DNA of 64,000 bases from Clostridia bacterium (GCA_017936585.1 JAGBFI010000038.1:46503-110502), one strand, 5' to 3'. Numbered from the stretch's first letter, positions 13,001 to 21,391 are shown. Notes: generated from the letters alone by a model not told the origin. Program-made: numbers and translations.

Positions 13001-15074
13001 CATATCCAAATGACACCTCTCCAAGCACAAGCTGTTCTGCAACATAAAGCACTTTTTCAGCATGAGTTGTTGAAGAAATGTAGCGATTTACGTCGCCAGA
13101 AAGCGAATAGATTTTTACATAATAATATCCAACCTCAGAGAACTCATATTCCGTGCTTTCCACTTCACTTTCAACAAGTGTTGCAAGTGCGAATTCGTCC
13201 AGATTGATTGAATCTTTGTTTTGCTCATAGGTGGCCTTGTCAATCTCAAAAATTTGCACCTTATATTTCGCCGCATTTGAGATTTCTTCCCAAGAGATTT
13301 TCTTTTCAGTGCTGTCGCCACCAAGAATTTCAGAAGGAGCACTCAAAATCGATAAAGTCTTATCTTCAAGTGTGGAAGAACTGATTGAATAAAGGTCATT
13401 TTCGCCAGCCTTTGCCACAATCTGAAAATCAAAAGAAGTTCCTTCAAAGCCCAAATCTTCAATTCTACCAGCAAAGGTCGCCGTGCCAGCTTCCGCATCA
13501 ATCGTCATATTTTCAACTTTTTTATAAGTCGAATTTTTATTGACCCAAATCTCATAATCGGTTGCGTTTTCCACAGTGTCAAAAGTGAAAATAGACTTTG
13601 TTTGATCTTCACTGTAAGCATGAGCAATCTCACCAGAAACTGACGCAAGTTTTGTCACCTTCACAGTTTCAGACGCGTCACTATCAATCACCGTCACGCG
13701 TTCCCCAGAAATCAAATTCACAAGATTTCGCGCTTTTTGAACAACCTCAAGATCATAAACTTTTGCTTCATCAGGCAATGTCACATTCAATTTTCTTACT
13801 GTCACATCTTCGCTCAAACCATTGTATATTTCACCCAAAATTTCAAGTTCAGTTGCGATGAGTGATGAGCCTGCAACGCTCATTTTCACAATATTTCCGT
13901 TCGTCTCATTTCCGCCAAGACCGGTTAGAGTGACTTTCCCAAGTTTGTAGATTTTGCCAAAATTCAAAGCATCACTTTCAAAGAAAAGTCCGTTTTCATT
14001 CTTTGCAACAATTCGGGTTTCATAAACGCCACTTGCAAGCCCTTCCAAATTGGTTGAAATTTTCTCAGCGGTTTCAAGCGTCTTTGTTTCGGTTAAAGTT
14101 CCTGTCAGTTCAACAACAATATTTTCCGCATTTACAACTTGTCCAATCTCAAGTTTTCCATCAATTGATGTTGCCGTTGGTGTTGCAAGTTTTTCGATTT
14201 GCAAACTCTCGCTTGCAACTGGAAATTTGTAACTTGAAGAACTTGTCGAAGCATCTGTCACAATCACTCTCAATGTGTGTTTTCCTGCAGAAACACTCTT
14301 AAATTTTGAAGTCAAGTTTTTTGAATTTGCGCTCTGTGGAGAATCAAGCAAAATTCCATCAAACTCAACTTGATATTTTGCTCCAGCATGGGCTGTCCAA
14401 GAAAGTTCACTTCCGTTCCAATGCAAATCTTCCACTTTCAACTCGTCAATGATGAACCCATATTTGAAAGTTTGCTCTGCACTTGGCAAACTTTCAGAAA
14501 AATATCCTCTCGCACAAGCTTTCACTGTGATGTGATATTCCCCTTTTTCAAGTTGGAAACTGTTTGCGTTGCATGGCTCATTGATTGGTGTTATCACAGC
14601 TTTTGAAGGGTCTGTTTTTGAATATGTAATTTTTTTACCTTGAATCCAATAAGTAGCCGTTGTTGGCCCTGACTCGTTGCCGTAGAACGCCGAAACAGCA
14701 TCCCATGTCAACAACCCGCTTGCGTCAACCGAAAAATTCTTTGGAGTTTCAAATGGTTTTGTGACAACAAGCTCCATTGAATCGAGACTATTTCCCTCAT
14801 ATGTGGCATAAACAAAACTCTTTCCTGTCTTCTTTGCCTTCACACTTCTGCCAACAATGTCAAAAAGTGACGAGTCTGAAAAGTGATAAACAATTTCATT
14901 CTTCTCCACCGACTGAACAGAAAGATGATCGTCAAGGTTTAAACTTTCGCCAAAAGAAAGCGTAACCTCTGAAGAATCAAAAGTTGCTTCGACTTTTTTG
15001 AAAGAGCATGCCGCCAGCACGCTCGACAACACGATTGTCAACAAGGACATCAGAACAATGTTAAACTTTTTCAT
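4074..15074 (-). CDS. Giant (3,666 aa) surface lipoprotein with many FN3/Ig-like modules and a C-terminal GLUG-repeat module
   Basis: This is an uninterrupted 11-kb ORF. The start was chosen at the ATG at 15072-15074, which has an AAGGGG RBS, giving MKKFNIVLMSLLTIVLSSVLAAC (lipobox LAAC). FN3-like strand signatures recur, for example LLTWDAVSA, ELSWTAHAGAKYQV, ISWEEISNAAKYKVQIF and RLSWDAVTDATGYLLNMY. The last roughly 356 aa carry GLUG-like repeats such as SLVAGLVITNGGRIENV, YSGVVAINQGNNAIVTGC, VFVGGICYTNYATIENC and QIGGIVVTSTSSSILRNC. Confidence 0.85.
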   Translation of the reverse strand: MKKFNIVLMSLLTIVLSSVLAACSFKKVEATFDSSEVTLSFGESLNLDDHLSVQSVEKNEIVYHFSDSSLFDIVGRSVKAKKTGKSFVYATYEGNSLDSMELVVTKPFETPKNFSVDASGLLTWDAVSAFYGNESGPTTATYWIQGKKITYSKTDPSKAVITPINEPCNANSFQLEKGEYHITVKACARGYFSESLPSAEQTFKYGFIIDELKVEDLHWNGSELSWTAHAGAKYQVEFDGILLDSPQSANSKNLTSKFKSVSAGKHTLRVIVTDASTSSSSYKFPVASESLQIEKLATPTATSIDGKLEIGQVVNAENIVVELTGTLTETKTLETAEKISTNLEGLASGVYETRIVAKNENGLFFESDALNFGKIYKLGKVTLTGLGGNETNGNIVKMSVAGSSLIATELEILGEIYNGLSEDVTVRKLNVTLPDEAKVYDLEVVQKARNLVNLISGERVTVIDSDASETVKVTKLASVSGEIAHAYSEDQTKSIFTFDTVENATDYEIWVNKNSTYKKVENMTIDAEAGTATFAGRIEDLGFEGTSFDFQIVAKAGENDLYSISSSTLEDKTLSILSAPSEILGGDSTEKKISWEEISNAAKYKVQIFEIDKATYEQNKDSINLDEFALATLVESEVESTEYEFSEVGYYYVKIYSLSGDVNRYISSTTHAEKVLYVAEQLVLGEVSFGYDEAFKSEFTNASGYFLKIGNVDEIDSYDIEISTNNNFEKYAEDESIYLLTDDFSTVANIKIVGRSSDEILWLPTETYSLGVQRIAAVSSDDLLLAEDAKTLTVNAKTGVTRVVIRDGISQKVGVNGQPAVYDIPQQNVFILDFEQNGSVFDSATKTYEISNGMVYLDSRDSTFTFNRLTQPSDLRYENGKIKFTDNQVGDAEYFVLDVACVLPNGQTQNLSIRLANQVTVTYQGLSLPLGEQSNFVSTSSGEVTVNLDVIIALVKANPIISQYYSQSTKLLFSAYAYQNRFKDGVMQISSLYATTQKDVSATSLEIEKMKTTPLRYDAETNMLTWDAVSVDASVTAATNYTITSNAFDTAVQTSALAYDLSEINFDENKTFTFQISVTNANYLESNLSNSVEIYKLCAIDKVTLTNNSLTFTTAESKYDYVAVTFGNAEPVQNTTGSVEISEDGTYTLQLIGRTEEIKGTDENLTAIKYFLNSNVSTWTVADMETVKPENCVVDFDGNTISWNEFSSTLSVLEYVIVFEDKAGSVYTYVATNPASEVKDGETYYSVNIQTDAVLLENLSNLAAGDISIKLYAHIKPSYSVVANGTVYYHAENEAGFNYSPYNEGQTIKKLETPAIADVEFVYETDESSEDYLVEAKLPDIKVTFTGNYGAGVFKVYKNDLWIEGLSVTQEDDSYSFIITSDMYDNFVGAGETLKLSIRVVNEGDNASAIPSTAGSVEIVRANNLTSVEFVTNADGFVTHAVEMKFDEENVAQVLGGVVLKVDFTPAGGEAATKYVLAPNAGDATAGILTFDLTSFVDQNLAAGGTIKLSAFVNSYSNVEANTYYLVCPQYVQSSQLSVLKKVDNVTMQSGGFVVDNSLNSDNTIYTVICNDNDEMFILSKENDFTFRFPDDWANGTYSVIIFASEEGAISSASTTLDVKLSRIASITAVRVSRTSDTNEVRLSWDAVTDATGYLLNMYKDDELVYTFEASGNSYTLEQIFGNNYKSLTETGKISLVTLQNDMDVVFGVVTQGNSTANDSKEYRFNATIKGNSMQTSNIQVDEFGVLTFDSVAGNEYLYRFIAADGTILKTWNVVMATSEKTKIDTSSLEAGTSAFNLELIVKGSTDFDGETSSNNSNFVLDSAPYTTVGKVITLYKVEDIANVVRNEQISSDIAFEIVETFDKMFASSKADGILTGEAVEFVPEAYEEAYTFSLSTLIALLKESGIEITDSKIYFWQHKASEDSVFHVISKEYEFTFNYTITTEFVDVVKVGTNTGNANIEKDFINTFATFVNSDGGDTETIGMYARITQLSGFEGESGYAQTKYISKTTLLKNDYFGSSTFAINLTSLFEQDDLLSLYGEFKVEFSKVAVVGGVYALSPWEEAPQTFIRLNPVDDIALVNGSMRWTNDNEHAEKFLVFFVSTLENEVVMGSYFYHETERTTYDPTNYISTGHKYYLGVRSINSNPYILSSKIVYISNEDGAMQIYKNQISSPLKIESGAAYINWTKSGDFVSTLTSESGYSEIADLLASEVFVSPFTFSLQDLVDGNVKVRFKFTSTATGAQGLSKSFDVNAIDLLPNLYKFGIDNGLYNLEERLRNVYTNAQSTDVRRVISGLQQAIENGSYGVANSRLLFDKYFETLQTGEYALQYCLLGNNKSLTSGWYDYSNNNGENLIYVNSEPQVAVIREPDPDNDMITSYKVRMKKSEVYAYDATNGAVLQETNNYIMTLGGFTFALNTSSMTLTRMNVETATSVTVYEEDVSGTTYVYFYINYNGGDSLLGVYGDDIYLAKDENLTMKMEIFAVGNNFSMSSKSKQFSVTFLKIANMKIDKGVFSWDTDHNRMTSVYVQRTDGGAETEVKIDASKTTSIFSLEGKGAGIYTVKFIIKGEVRDNVVYIDSGIDQIDRIFKLEAPGMNNDNGFIGITSGNNATYLSYCYSSENLFAYNIYNENSISKGLSVDIFDTRSDKTLPLYYEVGVTGMDETKAGFDPVLYEYKLTEEFASVFYALSMGSTAELSFLQDPSEYYLTKITHDSGKNLAVRSEVTTFAASMLDSVKNVRIENGILKWDEVAGRGGDNPLAVPETEGTKVVYKITIEQYTSNLEDGKTSETTFNQCIKYTAENYFDFAVLKEGEVGYVEGSFIKATVQALTLNVSEEEIVGADQLVEGGWLYGNVQFVDSERYILMGNGSILKGIDRLKAVEADMIGVVEGKLTWDYVTSKDIATVEMFNNAYAFIVETEDGEEIAGQFEVTLKDDTAEDSNTFGIIFSENLGEMSVGTYNIVVFVTQGQDNPNKVIKSFGCATEITKLATVASEHFEIISDSQTETLSLEKYFANYPENSLVLSYGENQITLTKDTFKLFIVASEADIVNSYPAGYYAACLIVGEDDALALRFMATKAGTIFSDLSDDFVLKRSPWEAEQSISWDEEKQEFSWNYDYYSFSTKVEAEEKRYAYLATETVSLFNDSGLTESTQLLLEEGEEFEMIDTLEGTISVRIKYKEVMYYISRSAYEHKIVDVLDEDGNTVVETMDGSSLFKVVEEVGEYSIVESEGRYFKVQSSAIVTPTFYVEATYANNVGGNVETISVRTYTTQDRVFRPTIVCNSISLVVRVKLNNASIQSKELVFDGSVAFNLFASGDGTSMNPYVIENADQFRNIAYRQTKDDMLVEFVEQTTIGSTVVTNTNMEESKYYFIITKDLDLGEIDGILFKGEFTGVIDGLQDNTTNTVIAYTSTGVTALSSSVTIRAEDSNVNTSTPAVPLNFKRGSAIFENLNSSAIIKNIDIDATYGNSLVDIKNHSLVAGLVITNGGRIENVNLTGFRNNFVGNISTTERTIMAYSGVVAINQGNNAIVTGCQLSTSMSLDDSGSSQLVFVGGICYTNYATIENCVASTEGGGQTISVNCQEGSSAIQIGGIVVTSTSSSILRNCTNNMNISATSSVSGNSIVAYIAGVADRVSGSFSDLSSTGVIATVGLNVSNITKSDLIAVIL

Positions 15075-15447
15075 ACAAACCCCTTTAAAACAGAATTTGG
15101 TCATCGCATAGTGTTCAATTATCTCAAGAGTTTTTCACTGAAAAAAAACTCTCCCAATATCTCACATTTATTTTAACACTTAAAGGGGGAATTTATCAAA
15201 TAAAAAACAAAGAAAAAATATTTTTAATATATATTTTATATATAAAATCCAGCGAACAAAAATAAAAAAATCGATTTTTGGGTGCTGAAAAATAAAAAAA
15301 TATTTCTTTGTACCTAATTTATGGGTGTATAGAAAATTTTAAAAATCAGAAAAAGAAAATAAAAAACACTAAAAAATGCAAATTTTTAATAAAAAAAATA
15401 AGTTTTTTATTTAATTTTAAATCATTTTTTGAATTTATTAAATATTT

Positions 15448-15927
15448 TTATTTGATCAAATTGCTTTTAAAATAAACCTCTTTCAAGAGTTTCAATTCTT
15501 CTTTTTTATTTGTCAAAATTTTTCCAATTTCCTCGCGCAATCTCTCATCTTCAAGTTTATAAATCACGCCCTTCACATCCAAGATGTTGATTTCCAGCAG
15601 CTCAACATCTTCCAAAAACATCTTTTCAATACTCTTGTGATATGTAACATTATATCCAGATAGAAATTTCTTTGCACTTGAATAAAACTTGTTGTCTCCA
15701 CCCATTTTTATCAAAATTTTACTTAAAATTTCGCAATTTTTAAGTTCAAACTTAAACAATTTCTCAAAACATGCTGAAAATTCTTCGTTAAAAGTCGCCG
15801 CTTGATTACATTGATAAAAAAATTGCATGAAGGCAACAAAACATCCTTTTCCCCCTCCATACAAATTTTGAAATAATCCTTCATAATAAGAATTTGATTT
15901 AAACGCCTTCTCTTTCATATCTTTCAA
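15448..15927 (-). CDS. Hypothetical helical protein, possibly ferritin-like or CotJC/Mn-catalase-related
   Basis: This is a 159-aa ORF. Segments such as FELKNCEILSKILIKMGG weakly resemble ferritin-like four-helix-bundle proteins. The start is ambiguous between TTG at 15927 and ATG at 15918. The family call is weak. Confidence 0.4.
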   Translation of the reverse strand: MKDMKEKAFKSNSYYEGLFQNLYGGGKGCFVAFMQFFYQCNQAATFNEEFSACFEKLFKFELKNCEILSKILIKMGGDNKFYSSAKKFLSGYNVTYHKSIEKMFLEDVELLEINILDVKGVIYKLEDERLREEIGKILTNKKEELKLLKEVYFKSNLIK

Positions 15928-15978
15928 TATGCAAAAGAAATTTTTATTGTGAAAAGATGTAGTTTGACAATTTTTTCG

Positions 15979-16800
15979 TCAAATCAAACCTTCAAAAACC
16001 CACTTTGGATTTTTCTTGAAAACTTTTCCATTTAAAGAATCCAAGCCTAAATTATCAAATTCAAGCCTAAAACAACACAATTTTTGTCTGTTTTGCTTAA
16101 ATTTTTTGTTAATTTCATTTTTTCCATATTTTCCATCACCAATGATTGGATGCCCAAGAAACGCCAAGTGTGCCCTAATTTGATGAGTTTTTCCAGTCAG
16201 CAGTTCAAGCTCCAAAAGACTGCTTTGCTCGTTTACCTTCAAGGTCCTCACCCTTGTTTTGATTGGAACAGCACCATTAATTTCATTTTGATAAATTTTC
16301 ACCATGCTGTTTACTCTATCTTTGACAAGAAATGCACCATAAACTTTGTCAGTTTCGAATTTTCCAACCACTTCAGCAACGTAAAACTTGTGGATAAACT
16401 GTTTTTTGAAAGCCTTTTCAAGTTTATCTTTCGCCCCTTGATTTTTCGCAAAAACCATCAACCCCTCGGTGTTTCGGTCAAGCCTATGCACAGCAATTAC
16501 CCCCAAAACTGCTTCAAGTCCATTTTCGCCGGCAGATTCAATTCCTGCTGACTTATAAACAATCAACACATCGTCAGTTTCATAAATCTTTTCATATTTT
16601 TTCGCAAGCGCTTCTTCTTTATAATAAAAAACAATCTCATCTCCAACTTGCAGCAAAACATTTTCTTTGCAAGGCTTGCCATTGAGTTTCACATCTTTAT
16701 TCCTAAGCATTTTGTTGACATCAACAAAAGAAAATCCATAATTTTGAAGAAAACTATGCATTTTTTCACTTTTCTCGACTATTATTTCTTTTTTAACCAT
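15979..16800 (-). CDS. RluA-family 23S rRNA/tRNA pseudouridine synthase with an N-terminal S4-like domain
   Basis: It carries the catalytic motif HRLDRNTEGLMVFAKN and the C-terminal GKTHQIRAHLAFLGHPIIGDGKYG. The start was taken at the ATG giving MVKKEIIV. The ORF-track start is an upstream TTG only 12 nt from yabP. Confidence 0.85.
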   Translation of the reverse strand: MVKKEIIVEKSEKMHSFLQNYGFSFVDVNKMLRNKDVKLNGKPCKENVLLQVGDEIVFYYKEEALAKKYEKIYETDDVLIVYKSAGIESAGENGLEAVLGVIAVHRLDRNTEGLMVFAKNQGAKDKLEKAFKKQFIHKFYVAEVVGKFETDKVYGAFLVKDRVNSMVKIYQNEINGAVPIKTRVRTLKVNEQSSLLELELLTGKTHQIRAHLAFLGHPIIGDGKYGKNEINKKFKQNRQKLCCFRLEFDNLGLDSLNGKVFKKNPKWVFEGLI

Positions 16801-16851
16801 ATATTTATTGTATAATTTTTCAACAAAATTTGCAAACAAAAAGGAGCTATT

Positions 16852-17100
16852 ATGGAATCAATTTGCATTGAAGATAGAAAAAAGGTGAGTTTAATCGGTG
16901 CAACAAAGGTTATTTCCTCCACAAACATGCAAGCGGTGGTCGAAATAAACTCCTGCAACTTGGTTATCAGCGGCACCAACATCGAAGTGACAAAACTCGA
17001 TTTGGAAAACAAAGAGGTCATTTTTTCGGGAAACATCAACAGTCTCAAATACATGCAAAAAGCAGACAAAACACCACTGCTTAAAAGGATTTTCAAATAG
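16852..17100 (+). CDS. yabP: Sporulation protein YabP
   Basis: The 82-aa product contains RKKVSLIGATKVISSTNMQAVVEINSCNLVISGTNIEVTKLDLENKEVIFSGNINSLKY, which matches the YabP pattern. It has an AAAGGAG RBS and is followed by yabQ-like and divIC-like genes, as in Bacillus and Clostridium. Confidence 0.75.
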   Translation: MESICIEDRKKVSLIGATKVISSTNMQAVVEINSCNLVISGTNIEVTKLDLENKEVIFSGNINSLKYMQKADKTPLLKRIFK

Positions 17101-17459
17101 TGCTCTACGAATCTCTCTCCCAGCCATATGTTTTTCTGTGCATGGTTGCAGCTGGCATTTTCTGCGGATTTTTGTTTGATTTCAAAAATATTTTTCTCCT
17201 TATTTTCAAAAAGAATAAAACAATTTCACATATTTTAATGTTTTTTGCAGTTTTTTTGACATTTTCTACACTTTTTGCTGTAAATTTAAAAACAAACTAT
17301 GGACAAGTTAGATTTTTCACTCTTCTAAGTTTCTTCCTCGCTTTTTCTTTGCAACGCTTTTTTGTGACTAATTTTCTTGCAAATCCGATTGCCAAATGTT
17401 ACAATAAAATCAAAGGAAGAAGAAATGAAAGAAAAATTAAAAAAAATGAGCATGTTTGA
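17100..17459 (+). CDS. yabQ: Spore cortex biosynthesis membrane protein YabQ-like
   Basis: The GTG start overlaps the yabP stop (TAGTG). The 119-aa protein has 3-4 hydrophobic helices and sits in the conserved position after yabP. Confidence 0.6.
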   Translation: MLYESLSQPYVFLCMVAAGIFCGFLFDFKNIFLLIFKKNKTISHILMFFAVFLTFSTLFAVNLKTNYGQVRFFTLLSFFLAFSLQRFFVTNFLANPIAKCYNKIKGRRNERKIKKNEHV

Positions 17460-17679
17460 AATTGTCAGCATTGCATTGATTGCAATCCTTTTTGTTGTTA
17501 TTATTGTGCAAATCATCATGCTTGTCGACCTAAACAACAAATATAACGATTTAAAAAACAAAAATGACGAACTTCCTCAGCAGGAAGAACAATCTTTGTC
17601 ACAAAATAATCCTTCAAATAATATTTTAATAGAAAACCTCGATAATTTTAGCTATGAAATTGTCATAAACAAACTTTGA
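17425..17679 (+). CDS. Septum formation initiator (DivIC/FtsB-family)-like small bitopic protein
   Basis: The ATG at 17425 has an AAAGGAAG RBS. One TM segment (FEIVSIALIAILFVVIIVQIIML) is followed by a short coiled-coil segment (NNKYNDLKNKNDEL). It occupies the position of divIC after yabPQ. Confidence 0.5.
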   Translation: MKEKLKKMSMFEIVSIALIAILFVVIIVQIIMLVDLNNKYNDLKNKNDELPQQEEQSLSQNNPSNNILIENLDNFSYEIVINKL

Positions 17680-18288
17680 AATTTGTCCGTTTTGAACAAA
17701 ATTTAGGAGTGCTTCGTTCAGTAGCAAATTAGCAAGCGAAGCAATCGCGAAATAGACCACCCCAAACAAAAACACACCCTTGATCAATCCAAGCATGCCG
17801 CCAAGCATACGATCCCCCACACTCAACCCGCATTTTTTGATGATTTTGTTTATGATTTTTTGCAATATTTTCAAAAACAAATATAAAACAACATAAGCAA
17901 CAATAAAAGTGGCAACTTTCAGCAGCAACTTTGAAATCGAAGGAGCCAAAATCTGCCCCGCAGTCAATTCCCCTTCAAAAGACAAGTCTCCCAAAAGACG
18001 AATCAGTAAAACCCCAAACAAATTATATTCAGATGCCGCAACGGTATTTTTTAATTGTTCAACATCAGCAAAATTCCCCACAATTTTCTCATCAAATGCG
18101 TTTTTCAAAAAATCGAAAACACTCTCACCGCACATTTCTTGCACATATGGCAAAAGAAGCTCCGACAATTTCCATGAAATTATCGCTATCGCGGCAACCC
18201 CAGCAAGAGAAAAAAGCATTGAGACTGCCCCTTTGATGCACCCCCTCAAGAAAAACAAAACAACAAAAGCAAGCAGAATATAATCCAT
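17626..18288 (-). CDS. cvpA: CvpA-family (colicin V production) membrane protein
   Basis: The N-terminus MDYILLAFVVLFFLRGCIKGAVSMLFSLAGV is typical of CvpA. The protein has four or more TM helices and is 220 aa long. Confidence 0.7.
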   Translation of the reverse strand: MDYILLAFVVLFFLRGCIKGAVSMLFSLAGVAAIAIISWKLSELLLPYVQEMCGESVFDFLKNAFDEKIVGNFADVEQLKNTVAASEYNLFGVLLIRLLGDLSFEGELTAGQILAPSISKLLLKVATFIVAYVVLYLFLKILQKIINKIIKKCGLSVGDRMLGGMLGLIKGVFLFGVVYFAIASLANLLLNEALLNFVQNGQISKFVYDNFIAKIIEVFY

Positions 18289-18447
18289 GAAAATATTTTT
18301 GACAACTATTCAACGCATCAAACGGATAAAAAAAAAGAAAAAGTGCAATTTTCAACACTTTTTCTTTTTTTATTAAATCGCAAACGTTTTTTTGTTCGTA
18401 AACAAGAAAGATAATATTAAAAACTCAAAAAATCTTCATTTTTGCAT

Positions 18448-19152
18448 TTATTTCAACAGACTTTCCAGATTTTTGCACTTTTTCTTATCCATTGCAGAAA
18501 CATCCTTCAAACGATATTCCAGCCCCAGTTCTTTATATTTTTTCTTAGCCATATCATGATAAGGCAAAAGCTCGATTTTTTCCACATTTTTCAGTTTTTC
18601 TGCAAACGCTTTCAACTTCAAAACATTTTCTTCTGTGTCGTTATAATTTGGCAAAATAACCTGTCTAAGCCACAGTTTTACGCCACTTTCCTGACATTTT
18701 TTCAGAAATTCGTGAAATTTGTCAATTTTTTGTCCAGTCAAAGATTGATATTTCTTTTCATCCAACTCTTTGACGTCCAAAATCACCAAATCAACATTTT
18801 CAAGAAGTTCGTCTGATGCCTCTCCAAAACCAGAAGTGTCAAGACAAGTGTGAATTCCATCCGCTTTGCATAATTTGAAAAGCTCCGAAACAAACTTTCC
18901 TTGCGCAAGAGGCTCTCCCCCAGAAACAGTCACTCCTCCATCCTTCTTGAAATAAGGTTTGTATTTTTTTATTTTTTCAAAAACCGCATTCGCCGTCATC
19001 ACTTTTTTTTCGTCAAAAGTCCACATCTCAGGGTTGTGACAATAGGTACAACGCAATGGACATCCTTGCAAAAAGACAACAAAACGCACTCCCGGCCCGT
19101 CCACAAGGCCCATTGTTTCAAAGCTGGCAATGTTTCCTTTAATTCCCCCCAT
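18448..19152 (-). CDS. pflA: Pyruvate formate-lyase activating enzyme (radical SAM)
   Basis: It carries GPGVRFVVFLQGCPLRCTYCHNPE, the CxxxCxxC radical-SAM cluster in its PflA context. The start ATG at 19150-19152 lies immediately after the pflB stop. Confidence 0.92.
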   Translation of the reverse strand: MGGIKGNIASFETMGLVDGPGVRFVVFLQGCPLRCTYCHNPEMWTFDEKKVMTANAVFEKIKKYKPYFKKDGGVTVSGGEPLAQGKFVSELFKLCKADGIHTCLDTSGFGEASDELLENVDLVILDVKELDEKKYQSLTGQKIDKFHEFLKKCQESGVKLWLRQVILPNYNDTEENVLKLKAFAEKLKNVEKIELLPYHDMAKKKYKELGLEYRLKDVSAMDKKKCKNLESLLK

Positions 19153-19153
19153 A

Positions 19154-21391
19154 TCATCTTGCCTCATGGAAAGTTCTTGCAATAACTTCTTTTTGATGAG
19201 CCTTTGAAAGCTTGTTGAAATTCACAGCATAACCTGAAACTCTGATTGTCAAATTTGGATATTTCCAAGGATTATTCATTGCATCAATCAAAAGTTCGCG
19301 ATTAAGCACATTCACATTGAGATGTTGCGCTTTTTGCACAAAATAGCCGTCCAAAATGTTAACCAAATTTGAAATTCGGCTGTCGTCATCATGCCCCAAC
19401 GCATCAGGAATGATTGAAAACGTGTTTGAAATTCCGTCTTGACAACATCCGCAATAAGGAATTTTTGCCACAGAATTCAACGAAGCCAACGCTCCACTGC
19501 AATCACGATTGTGCATAGGATTTGCCCCTGGAGCAAAAGGTTCTCCCGCCTTTCTGCCGTCTGGAGTCGACCCAGTTTTCTTTCCATACATAACATTTGA
19601 TGTGATTGTCAAAAGCGAAAGCGTGTGCTTTGCGTTGCGATAGAGATTGACATTTTTCAAGCAGCTAAAGAAAAATTCCACAAGTTCAACGCCAATTTTG
19701 TCCGCCTTGTCGTCATCATTGCCAAACTTTGGAAATTCGCCAACAATTTCAAAATCAACAATCAATCCTTGTTCGTTTCTGATTGGCTTAACTTTTGCAT
19801 ATTTGATTGCCGAAAGAGAATCCACAACAACAGAAAATCCTGCTGCACCAAACGCCATCAAGCGTTCAACTTTTGTGTTATGGAGAGCCATTTGTCCGCG
19901 CTCATAAGCATATTTATCGTGCATAAAGTGAATGATATTCATCGCATCAACATATGTTTTTGCGACTTTTTCAAGCGTTTTTTGATAATTTTTCCAAACA
20001 TTTTCAAAATTTAAAATTTCTTCATCATTCTTCTCGAGTCCATCAACAACAAGTTTTCCAGATTTTTCGTCAACGCCACCATTCATTGAATACAAAAGTG
20101 CCTTTGCCAAGTTGCATCTTGCACCAAAGAACTGCATTTGTTTCCCGACCTTCATTGCAGACACACAGCAAGCAATCGCGTAATCGTTGCCATAAAGCCC
20201 GCGCATAACATCGTCACCCTCATATTGAATTGCATCCGTCAAAATTGAAATTTTTGCACAGAATTTCTTGAAGTTTTCCGGCAAGTTTTCTGACCAAAGC
20301 ACAGTCATGTTTGGCTCCGGAGATGGTTTCAAGTTGATGAGCGATTGCAAATATCTGAACGAATTTTTTGTAACCAAACTTTGCTTGTCATCCACCATTC
20401 CTGCAATACTTTCAGTCACCCAAGTTGGATCTCCAGCATAGATTTCGTCATATTCTGGTGTCCTTAAATGTCTCACAAGGCGAAGTTTGATGATGAATTG
20501 ATCAACAAGTTCCTGAGCCTGCTGCTCGGTGATTACCCCGTTTTTCAAGTCTCTTTCAACGTAAACATCCAGAAATGTTGAAGTTCTGCCCAAGCTCATT
20601 GCCGCGCCGTTGTTTTCTTTCACGCTTACAAGATATCCAAAGTACAGCCACTGGAACGCCTCTCGACTGTTTTCTGCAGGTTTTGAGATGTCGAAGCCAT
20701 AACACGCAGCCATCTTTTTCATCTCTTCAAGTGCTTTGATCTGCTCTGAAACCTCTTCGCGCAGCCTGATGTTTTCCTCTGACGAAACATCAATTTGAAG
20801 CTGGTCTTTTTTCTTTTCTTCAATCAATGCGTCAATTCCATAAAGAGCAATTCTGCGATAGTCCCCAATGATTCTGCCACGACCATAGGCATCTGGAAGC
20901 CCTGTGATAAGGCCCGCAGATCTCGCCTTGCGAATTTCTGGAGTGTAAGCGTCAAACACGCCATCATTGTGCGTTTTGCGAAATTCATAAAAGTGTTTTT
21001 TGATTTCTGGAGACAACTTGCGTCCATAAGCCTCAAGCGCCTTTTCCGCCATACGTGTGCCACCATAAAGATTGACAATTCTTTTGAGAGGTTTGTCCGT
21101 TTGAAGTCCGACAATAACCTCGTTTTTCCTGTCAATATATCCAGGCGCGAAAGAATTGATGCCTGAAACAGCCTTCAACTCGACATCAAGAAGTCCATTT
21201 TGAGCTTCCTTCAACAAAAGTTTTTCACACTTAGCCCAAACTGCATTTGTTTTTGGGGAAATCGCACTCAAGAAACTGTCATCTCCACGATATTCAGTGT
21301 AATTTTGCAAAATGAAGTCAGAAACATTTATCTCTTCTTTCCATTTGTCACCTTTAAATCCTTTCCATGCATCAAAATCTGTAAAACTCAT
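19154..21391 (-). CDS. pflB: Pyruvate formate-lyase (formate C-acetyltransferase)
   Basis: The 745-aa product has the glycyl-radical motif [11 protein letters not shown] near the C-terminus and the active-site Cys pair (IACCVSAM). It has an AAGGAG RBS. Confidence 0.95.
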   Translation of the reverse strand: MSFTDFDAWKGFKGDKWKEEINVSDFILQNYTEYRGDDSFLSAISPKTNAVWAKCEKLLLKEAQNGLLDVELKAVSGINSFAPGYIDRKNEVIVGLQTDKPLKRIVNLYGGTRMAEKALEAYGRKLSPEIKKHFYEFRKTHNDGVFDAYTPEIRKARSAGLITGLPDAYGRGRIIGDYRRIALYGIDALIEEKKKDQLQIDVSSEENIRLREEVSEQIKALEEMKKMAACYGFDISKPAENSREAFQWLYFGYLVSVKENNGAAMSLGRTSTFLDVYVERDLKNGVITEQQAQELVDQFIIKLRLVRHLRTPEYDEIYAGDPTWVTESIAGMVDDKQSLVTKNSFRYLQSLINLKPSPEPNMTVLWSENLPENFKKFCAKISILTDAIQYEGDDVMRGLYGNDYAIACCVSAMKVGKQMQFFGARCNLAKALLYSMNGGVDEKSGKLVVDGLEKNDEEILNFENVWKNYQKTLEKVAKTYVDAMNIIHFMHDKYAYERGQMALHNTKVERLMAFGAAGFSVVVDSLSAIKYAKVKPIRNEQGLIVDFEIVGEFPKFGNDDDKADKIGVELVEFFFSCLKNVNLYRNAKHTLSLLTITSNVMYGKKTGSTPDGRKAGEPFAPGANPMHNRDCSGALASLNSVAKIPYCGCCQDGISNTFSIIPDALGHDDDSRISNLVNILDGYFVQKAQHLNVNVLNRELLIDAMNNPWKYPNLTIRVSGYAVNFNKLSKAHQKEVIARTFHEAR

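Noticed and set aside
4120-15000. Dozens of 60-135-aa ORFs on both strands inside the 11-kb giant gene, and similarly inside 45004-57066 (for example 54667-55173 +)
   Set aside because: All are nested within or antisense to uninterrupted multi-kb ORFs. They have no RBS and their composition is shadow-frame-like.
15105-15447. Very AT-rich 340-nt spacer with the duplicated motif AAAAATAAAAAAAT (about 15258-15301)
   Set aside because: It is probably just the A-tract-rich promoter/UP-element region of the giant lipoprotein gene. It contains no ORF, no hairpin array and no recognisable RNA motif, so it does not support a separate feature.
16084-16551. 155-aa + strand ORF
   Set aside because: It is antisense to the RluA-family pseudouridine synthase gene, which carries unmistakable catalytic motifs.
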